From a virus (lineage: Duplodnaviria; Caudoviricetes), in the IMG/VR virus record IMGVR_UViG_3300044658_000165, positions 3,622 through 67,621 of that record: a stretch of 64,000 nucleotides of DNA; one strand, 5' to 3'. The notes under the pieces are model-generated. The model was not told the DNA's origin. It saw only the letters and a program-made list of their open reading frames with translations, and searched no databases. This document shows, piece after piece, positions 48,594 through 55,654 of the stretch. The position numbers were made by a program, and so were the translations under genes. Every line of letters begins with the position of its first letter. Position 1 is the first letter of the stretch.

Positions 48594-49207
48594 TGAAAAT
48601 GTTTTTCGTGCGTCGGCGCTATGCCGTCAATAATTTCCGTTAATACACTGCTATCACTGAGATCAATATCGGCAAACTCACAGCCTACTGGTAACTCTCC
48701 CTGAAACTGGAGTAGCACCCCGGAAAGGTTGGCATTCTGCAGCTTCGAAAGCCTGATGATCTTCCAGGGCTCTTTTTGGCCTAACCGAAATTGGTTGCGC
48801 AACTTGACCTGCAACCGCTCCAGGGTGTTCATAAAGCTGAATGCCACGGCTTTCATATCGGACCAATCCATGTTAACTCTGTGCAGGGACGTGTTGGTGC
48901 TCGGGTCCGGGGCTTTGATCTGGTTGTCACCTGTATAACCCGTTGTACACAAAAATAAAAGCTGGAAATAGAAACACTCCCATTGGGCTTGTTGTACGGA
49001 GGCCTCTTTAATTACCGATATCGGTGGCAAACAGAATACACCAGGGTATGTATCGCCGGGAGCAGGCAGCTCAATGCCCGTCAGGACATTGTTCAGGTTC
49101 AGGTCCCCGCCTTTGACGATCACTCCGTATCGGCCATTCATAATAGCTGACTTCTTCACCACCTGGTGGAAAAGGCCTTCTTTGCCGTAAAGTTGAATTT
49201 CGTCCAT
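48590..49207 (-). CDS. tail terminator/completion protein
   Basis: 205 aa; YPGVF and C-terminal SGVLLQF...C pattern. Confidence 0.5.
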   Translation of the reverse strand: MDEIQLYGKEGLFHQVVKKSAIMNGRYGVIVKGGDLNLNNVLTGIELPAPGDTYPGVFCLPPISVIKEASVQQAQWECFYFQLLFLCTTGYTGDNQIKAPDPSTNTSLHRVNMDWSDMKAVAFSFMNTLERLQVKLRNQFRLGQKEPWKIIRLSKLQNANLSGVLLQFQGELPVGCEFADIDLSDSSVLTEIIDGIAPTHEKHFH

Positions 49208-49476
49208 TAGTTACCCTTTATAAGATTGTTAATGCCGGGGCCATCGTTGCCCTTACCAACGCCCAGTTGTTTCAGCATTTGATCCAAATACTTTTCCAGT
49301 GCCTTCTCATCATTTCCCACAACTTTTTTTGCCTCATTCACCATTTCAGTTGCAGCCCATCGCATTAGCTGATCTGCTGCTTCGTAAATAATCGCAGGAT
49401 GGACACCATTGGTTTTTACATCCATCCTTGTTTTTGCCTTTACATCACCATCAATAATTATAACTGCTGAATTCAT
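49207..49476 (-). CDS. hypothetical protein
   Basis: Coupled to the next gene. Confidence 0.65.
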   Translation of the reverse strand: MNSAVIIIDGDVKAKTRMDVKTNGVHPAIIYEAADQLMRWAATEMVNEAKKVVGNDEKALEKYLDQMLKQLGVGKGNDGPGINNLIKGN

Positions 49477-49487
49477 AGCTTAAATAT

Positions 49488-49640
49488 TTATCTGTACCGT
49501 TTATTGGGTCCTTTGGTCGTTATATGAAGCATACCGCAATCCTTACACCGATAGATCTTCGCGCTCATCTTCTTTTTGATCAGGCTATGCTGATGCTGAT
49601 GGGCTGAATCATAAGTTTCATGAGCAATTTTGTCGCACAT
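49488..49640 (-). CDS. small zinc-ribbon protein
   Basis: MCDK...YRCKDCGMLHITT. Confidence 0.6.
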   Translation of the reverse strand: MCDKIAHETYDSAHQHQHSLIKKKMSAKIYRCKDCGMLHITTKGPNKRYR

Positions 49641-49644
49641 ATGG

Positions 49645-50540
49645 TTATTTTTTAAACGCTTCATAATCGAGGTTCTGAGCTTCATTAAAACTCTTTTCCT
49701 CGCTGGCGAAAATCAAAACATCGTATGCCTTGGAGTACTTCGCGCAATCGATGCTGTTCATTCCGGACCCAGGCAGGTCAAAGACTTTTGTCTTGGCGAT
49801 CTCCTTCAGAAAATTGACCCAGCCCCAGTTTTCCATATGCTGCCTTATGTTTCTGCCGGCTGCAGGTCCTCTGGATTCCTGGAAGACTGGAAAGTGGTCA
49901 GCCAGGAAGACATTGAGCCGATCAAAAAAAAAGCTACGTGCAGCGCGTAATTAAGCGGCAAGGTTTTCATCAGTTGGTACCGCTCGCCGGCTTCATTCAG
50001 GAAATCTTCATTGAATGCCTCCCCTTTCTTTCTGAAGTAGATACAACACAATGGAAGCAGCGACTCCCACTTCTCATCACCCAGCTGCATAAGGTTCTGA
50101 ACAGCCTGCTTCGCGGTGATCAGCTCCCCGAAGGTCATTTTACTGTCCGGGTTCAGTACAGGGCCCGCGATCGTCCACAGATCATCGTTCCATCCGAATT
50201 CGTTTTCCAGCTGAAACTCCGCATTGGTGAAATCGTAATCGTCAGCATATGACTTCATAACCGAATGGTAAACTGAAAGCACATCGTTTATATCGACGCT
50301 GCTTTGAACAAAATCCAACGGTATTCCTGCAAAAAAACTGAGTGACTTGCAGGCCAACTCGCAGTGGTATATGCTGGATTCCAGTTCCTGCAGGTCTTTA
50401 TTCTTTATTTCAAGGAGCTTAACCAGCTGCTTGCGCAGGTCCTTGCCGTACTGGTTTTCATAATCAATTCGCTGTTGTAGGGTAATCGCGGCCAGCGATG
50501 CCGGTATATCGTATTCCAGTTCGTTGATCGTAACCTTCAT
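49645..50540 (-). CDS. tail assembly chaperone G (231 aa) and GT (about 298 aa via -1 frameshift)
   Basis: T9 run at 49932-49924 in GCT TTT TTT TTG; the -1 frame stays open into MENWGW... (49836-49645). Confidence 0.75.
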
Positions 50541-51296
50541 TTATTTGCCAGCTTTCTTTTTAATGTCGGGTTTGGTATCAGTTGCAGAGATGGCCTTTTG
50601 CTCATCAGCCTTTAATTCATTTTTAACCTGATTTAATTCTGCATCCGGATTGGCATCCGACGCTTCCGTTTTTTCAACAGATGAATCTTTCGTCTCATTT
50701 ACAGATGTATCATCACCCGTCAATGCCGGATCGCTTTCTTTCGCCCCATTCATGGCGTCCTTAATTCGCTCAAGCGTTTCAATTGATAAACGTCCCTTTG
50801 TTTCTTCTGGCTTGGCCCCATTTAGAATAGCAACAGCAGTCTTTATAGATTCAATAAACTCAACTGTGATCTCTGCTGGATCATCCTTCGTCACCTGCAG
50901 GCCAGCTCTCTTTGCAACGCCGCGGATAATGAGTTCAGGTATATTGGCAAGGATCCCGGCTGCATTTGCCTCAGGACCGAAATATATCAGAGCTTCTTCA
51001 ATGTCCTGCTTCAGCTTGAACACCTTATCATCGGCAGGCACCAGGTCAGCTTCAGTGAACCGGCGCTGCTTAGCGATCGGCACACCACCTATGGTTTTGG
51101 CAGGTCCCAATACTGTCGTTTGTCCAGCTTCCAGGTCACCGGTACCGGTAAGCAATAACAGCTTGTCATGCGTACGCTGCAGGTCATTCGTAACACTGAG
51201 CTTGTGAAGCTCGTCATCCGGGGAACTGAGAAGTTCGTTGATTGCGCCAATAGTATTTTTTAAAAGGGCCGCAACGGCCTTGTATTGCTGTGACAT
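50541..51296 (-). CDS. hypothetical protein with acidic tail
   Basis: 251 aa ORF heading the tail operon. Confidence 0.8.
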   Translation of the reverse strand: MSQQYKAVAALLKNTIGAINELLSSPDDELHKLSVTNDLQRTHDKLLLLTGTGDLEAGQTTVLGPAKTIGGVPIAKQRRFTEADLVPADDKVFKLKQDIEEALIYFGPEANAAGILANIPELIIRGVAKRAGLQVTKDDPAEITVEFIESIKTAVAILNGAKPEETKGRLSIETLERIKDAMNGAKESDPALTGDDTSVNETKDSSVEKTEASDANPDAELNQVKNELKADEQKAISATDTKPDIKKKAGK

Positions 51297-51402
51297 TGAT
51301 GTGAGGGATTTATTTGATTATAAAGGTAATCGTAATTTGAGACTTTTATATTTAATTTACGACATTTGAAGCCGAAACCATTTTTAACAAACTCTCATCA
51401 TC

Positions 51403-51714
51403 ATGAAAGGATTTATTGCACTACTGCTTTTTGCAGCTTTCGGGTGTGGGACATTTGCTTCGTACGCCGCGGATGTTGGCAGCAAGGCAAGAACGGAACT
51501 GGTGAAGAAGTCTCATGATCTGGTAGCCGTTGAGGTTAACCAGGTGATCGAGGTTGAGGCGCCAGCTGTTCAGCGTATCTGCTTTATAACCGGTGAAGTA
51601 AATGTAAAAGCAATCAGCCGGCCGAAGGAAGCCGTTGCCAATGCACCCCCATTAATCGTCTTGGAGCAGTCACCACAGGAAAGCCACCGTATAAGGCGGC
51701 TGACGGGTCAATAA
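51403..51714 (+). CDS. secreted hypothetical protein
   Basis: Signal peptide MKGFIALLLFAAFGCGTFASYA. Confidence 0.7.
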   Translation: MKGFIALLLFAAFGCGTFASYAADVGSKARTELVKKSHDLVAVEVNQVIEVEAPAVQRICFITGEVNVKAISRPKEAVANAPPLIVLEQSPQESHRIRRLTGQ

Positions 51715-51737
51715 AACACAAAGGATTAAGTAGATTG

Positions 51738-51764
51738 AGCCTTGCAGAAATGCAGGGCTTTCTT
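51738..51764 (+). terminator. intrinsic terminator
   Basis: GCCTTGCA-GAAA-TGCAGGGC-TTTCTTT. Confidence 0.7.
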
Positions 51765-51788
51765 TATCTTGGTGGAAACGAATGCCAT

Positions 51789-52295
51789 ATGGGTATAATG
51801 CTTGACCTGAATTCTTTGCCAAATAATAAAGCAATTGCTATAGTATTGATAGTTACGATAACAGTACTTGGCCCTTTTCTTTATATTTATAATTTTTCCC
51901 CGCTGGCATTTTCTAAATACAATATACCCACCTTACTTCTTCTTTCAACCTCATGTGGGTTACCAATTATAGTATTTAATACGTTATCAATTTATTATGG
52001 CCTTGATCGAGAATACAGCAAAGAATCGTATTGGCCGTCTATTGGAATTCTTTCATCGATAGTATCTATGATCGTTATTTATACGCCTATAGGTTACAAC
52101 ATGGGAAAGTCTTTGCCTATAACAAAAGCCCTTAGGTTCTCATTTATCCTTCAGGTCTGGTTCACCGCAATATTTTCTATAACGACCCTTTATTTTTTAA
52201 TTAAAAGACGCAAGACTCAAACTTCTAATACCCCAGCTGCCCCAGCAGATCCTCTTCCTCCCAATCCTCTTCCTCAGACTCAGAGTGGTACTTAA
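51789..52295 (+). CDS. AT-rich 4-TM membrane protein (moron)
   Basis: Four hydrophobic segments; convergent with and overlapping the terL 3' end. Confidence 0.7.
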   Translation: MGIMLDLNSLPNNKAIAIVLIVTITVLGPFLYIYNFSPLAFSKYNIPTLLLLSTSCGLPIIVFNTLSIYYGLDREYSKESYWPSIGILSSIVSMIVIYTPIGYNMGKSLPITKALRFSFILQVWFTAIFSITTLYFLIKRRKTQTSNTPAAPADPLPPNPLPQTQSGT

Positions 52296-53772
52296 AGCCG
52301 GTTGAGCTGTGCCGTTGAATACATTGTGAAAGAACGTCAGCCAAGTCCATAAACTTACCATTAGGAAACTTCAGGATGCCCTGCAGCTTATCATCGAAAA
52401 ACTTGTCGGCTATACTCTTACGCACACAGACCATACCCGCCTCAGCAGTTGGTGAGGCCATCCGGGCCCGGGCAACTTTATCCTCCCCACCCTTTACAGG
52501 AATTTCAATCGCAACAATACCCGCTTTTGATAATGTTTGCTGGGCAGAAATCCCGGCAGCCTTTGCTTCAATATAATGGCTGGCCTGTTTGGTTTTCATC
52601 CACCTGATGAGCTCAGGAAACTCCTTCCACGCCCAATCCAGATCATCCAGGAATATTTTGTTATTATACTTAAAGCTGGTAATGTATGCCGATGCCGCGT
52701 TCTTCTTCTTTTTCGTGTACGCAAGGTCCCAATCGCTGCCCAGGCCTTCGCCCAGGTTCTTGTTCGGCATATATTCATCGGGCACAATCGTAAACCACTC
52801 CCTTTTCCATATCTCACCATTGGCAGGGGCAGGTTCCTGATCCCATTGCCCTGCATAACCATAGGTACCTAAATCAATAGTCGCCTCCTGGATAACACCC
52901 AATCCATTACGCTGAGGATCCAGTACTCCCAGGCGAGTGGTTTTGTATCGTTTGGCCAGCGGATGAGTATCAGGTACGTCAATGTAGGTGTATATGCTGC
53001 GATACTTGGCCGGTTTCACGCAATCAGGATCGACATCAACCGCAATACCAGGTAGTTTGATATGCCGGATCATTTTCTCCTTCTTATCGAGCAGTGTGCC
53101 GGTTGGATCGGCCTCATGTAGCCGCTGCATGATGAGGTAGGTAACTGTAACTTCCTTATTGGTTTTACGGCTGGGTAATGTCTGGCTGAAGAAATCATTT
53201 GCCTTTGTCCGTTCTGCATCCGATTTGGCACCCGCCGGATCGATAGGGTCATCCACCTTCAGGATGTCAGCATGTTTAGAAGTCAGCGTACCGCCTACTG
53301 TAAACGCGTAAAACTCACCATTAGCCTCGGTAAGGAAGTTGTGAGACGTGTCCTTATCCTTGCTTATAACCACATCAGGAAACCACAGCTGGTATTTTTC
53401 AGACTTCATCACCTTGCGGATGGCCAGGGCGATACCAGTAATGGCCATATCTGAATATGAGCCCACGAAAACCTTTATCGAAGGCTTCATGGCGAATTCC
53501 CAACAGGTAGAAAGAACGGAAACAATCTTTGTTTTACTGGTGCCGGGCGGCACATTGATAATTACATCATATTTCTTTGGCTGGCGAACAAATACACGCC
53601 CATCGGCTTCTTCAATCTCATCGCACATCACCTGCATGTGTGGGGTCCATACAAGCGGATCATCGACAATTATGGGCCAGAATTCCTTTACAAAGAAAGC
53701 AAGGCCACCAGGTTTACGACAACGGGCGCCACCTGCCTTGTTTATATTTATGCGGAGCTTTTTATCACTCAT
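52225..53772 (-). CDS. terL: terminase large subunit
   Basis: IINVPPGTSKT Walker A, VDDP Walker B, IMQRLHEAD, GQWDQEP, DWDLA, DLADVLSQ. Confidence 0.93.
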   Translation of the reverse strand: MSDKKLRININKAGGARCRKPGGLAFFVKEFWPIIVDDPLVWTPHMQVMCDEIEEADGRVFVRQPKKYDVIINVPPGTSKTKIVSVLSTCWEFAMKPSIKVFVGSYSDMAITGIALAIRKVMKSEKYQLWFPDVVISKDKDTSHNFLTEANGEFYAFTVGGTLTSKHADILKVDDPIDPAGAKSDAERTKANDFFSQTLPSRKTNKEVTVTYLIMQRLHEADPTGTLLDKKEKMIRHIKLPGIAVDVDPDCVKPAKYRSIYTYIDVPDTHPLAKRYKTTRLGVLDPQRNGLGVIQEATIDLGTYGYAGQWDQEPAPANGEIWKREWFTIVPDEYMPNKNLGEGLGSDWDLAYTKKKKNAASAYITSFKYNNKIFLDDLDWAWKEFPELIRWMKTKQASHYIEAKAAGISAQQTLSKAGIVAIEIPVKGGEDKVARARMASPTAEAGMVCVRKSIADKFFDDKLQGILKFPNGKFMDLADVLSQCIQRHSSTGFKYHSESEEEDWEEEDLLGQLGY

Positions 53773-54256
53773 CTGACTTTTTGCGGGCGTTCAATATCGC
53801 ATCTAATACTTCAGTTGGGAGGCTGTCATAATCAATTTCATCATTCTTATGCTGATGCTTGATCGGTCCGCCACCCTGGCCAGATAGTTCGCCAGAAAAC
53901 CGGTCTTTGTATCTCTCAGGCAGGTTGCCTTTAAGGAGTAATACCATAAGTGTGTCGGAATATTCGCGGATGGTGCCAACTTTTTTGCCTCCCTGAAATA
54001 CTGGTTTTAATATACCCTCGTGTGCCCGGCGAACGGCTTCATCTTCAAGCGCATCGGCAGCGATTATCCGGGATTTTTGGAAATCCTTCTCGAACTCTTC
54101 ATCCTTTTCTCGCCAATCGTAAACAGTGCGGCGTGGAATCTTTGCCAGTTTACAGGCGCGACGTACCGAAGCGGTTTCTTCCATCGCCTTTAAAAAATCC
54201 TTTTTCTTTTTTGATAGGCTTCTCTTGTCTACGTTATGTGCAATGGTGCGCGGCAT
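53765..54256 (-). CDS. terS: terminase small subunit
   Basis: HTH SVRRACKLAKIPRRTVYDWR, LEDEAVRRA, YSDTLMVLLLKG..PERY. Confidence 0.88.
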   Translation of the reverse strand: MPRTIAHNVDKRSLSKKKKDFLKAMEETASVRRACKLAKIPRRTVYDWREKDEEFEKDFQKSRIIAADALEDEAVRRAHEGILKPVFQGGKKVGTIREYSDTLMVLLLKGNLPERYKDRFSGELSGQGGGPIKHQHKNDEIDYDSLPTEVLDAILNARKKSDE

Positions 54257-54292
54257 TATTGGGGATATCTTCTACACAAAGTTATCGTAAAT

Positions 54293-54323
54293 TACATATA
54301 ATTGTCGTAAAATACGACATTTG
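54293..54323. promoter_or_regulatory. divergent terS / glyco-operon control element
   Basis: TGTCGTAAAATACGACA at 54303-54319; minus side 2 nt then TATATGTA; plus side GACATTTG. Confidence 0.7.
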
Positions 54324-54330
54324 CAGGTCA

Positions 54331-55032
54331 ATGGATATAGTTATCCCCTACCGACACAGCGCCAGCAATGGCCTTGAGCTACGCTACACACTACGTGGAA
54401 TTGAAAAGTTCTTTCCTGACCTGGAAAACATATTCATAATCGGGGACTGCCCTGAGTTTGTTGACAATATTATCCATATTCCAGCCAAAGATGCTCCGGA
54501 ACGCCATTTAAAAGCGAGAAATATAATGAGTAAACTTTGGATCGCTTGCGAAGACAAACGAGTGAGTGATACATTCGCTATGTTCAACGATGACCATTTT
54601 CTTTTAAAACCTTATAATCATTCATATCATTATTCACAGTACCTACAATATTCAGTGGCATCCTATACAGTGCATCAAACGTATAGAAACACCTTAAATA
54701 ACACCATGGCTTATTTGAATGGTGGTAAAAACTTTGATACCCATTGTCCAATTATTTTCAATAAGGAACTTTTTGTAAGAACAGTTACCACAGCGGACTG
54801 GTCTAAACCTTGGGGTTATGGGATCAAGTCACTTTACTGTAATATGGCAGGCATTGAGGGGGAATATTATCCTGATTTGAAAATCAAATCTCCATTCCCA
54901 AAAGATCGGATTGTAAACGACTTGTTAGCTGGTCGCCCTTATTTCTCCATTGATGACCGTGGCCTGAATGATGCTATGAAGGAAGTCTTACAGGAATTAT
55001 ACCCCCCAAAAAGCATATATGAATCTCACTGA
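54331..55032 (+). CDS. Stealth-like sugar-phosphotransferase/glycosyltransferase (233 aa)
   Basis: MDIVIPY, ELRYTLRGIEKF, NIFIIG, FAMFNDDHF, THCP; resembles Stealth CR1-CR3. Confidence 0.7.
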   Translation: MDIVIPYRHSASNGLELRYTLRGIEKFFPDLENIFIIGDCPEFVDNIIHIPAKDAPERHLKARNIMSKLWIACEDKRVSDTFAMFNDDHFLLKPYNHSYHYSQYLQYSVASYTVHQTYRNTLNNTMAYLNGGKNFDTHCPIIFNKELFVRTVTTADWSKPWGYGIKSLYCNMAGIEGEYYPDLKIKSPFPKDRIVNDLLAGRPYFSIDDRGLNDAMKEVLQELYPPKSIYESH

Positions 55033-55651
55033 ACTCGCTCTCAAACATGGATCGGACAAAGCTGGTCACCACAACTACACGCCGATATACGAAAAGTATT
55101 TTGCCCCTTTCCGGGACCAACCGATAACATTATTGGAGCTGGGTATTGGTGGTTATGAGTTCCCCGATCGTGGCGGCGCCAGCCTGAAAATGTGGTATGA
55201 GTATTTTCCCAAAGCTGATATCGTTGGCATAGACCTTCATTCAAAAACCGGCTTATCGAATGAAAGAACATGGGTATATAAAGCAAGTCAAACCGATCAT
55301 ATCTTCCTGGAAGGTTTATTGAAGGCCCACGGTAATCCCAATATCATTATCGATGACGCCAGCCACATAAATAAACTGACCATTCAATCCTTCGTAATCC
55401 TTTTTCCTCTCCTGGCGCCAGGCGGCATATATGTGGTGGAAGATATCGAAAGTTCCTGGGCGCCACTCCACAGCTGGGCAATGGGATGCGATAATTATAA
55501 AGACCTGAATGAATATTGTACAGTTAATTTCTTCCGCCGGCTGGTTGATGAAATGAATGGCCAATACATCCCTCATTATGAAACCTGGGGCTTCCCTGAA
55601 ATCGACTCCATCCATTTTTACAAAAACATCATTTTCATACAAAAGAAATAA
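55019..55651 (+). CDS. class I SAM O-methyltransferase (MycE/TylE-like)
   Basis: HGSDK...HNYT..YE, LLELGIGGY, GGASLKMW..YFP, IIIDDASH, GGIYVVEDI. Confidence 0.82.
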   Translation: MNLTELALKHGSDKAGHHNYTPIYEKYFAPFRDQPITLLELGIGGYEFPDRGGASLKMWYEYFPKADIVGIDLHSKTGLSNERTWVYKASQTDHIFLEGLLKAHGNPNIIIDDASHINKLTIQSFVILFPLLAPGGIYVVEDIESSWAPLHSWAMGCDNYKDLNEYCTVNFFRRLVDEMNGQYIPHYETWGFPEIDSIHFYKNIIFIQKK

Positions 55652-55654
55652 AGC

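Noticed and set aside
53950-54330. N-terminal extension of the Stealth-like ORF
   Set aside because: Overlaps terS antisense; a better ATG at 54331 follows the control element.
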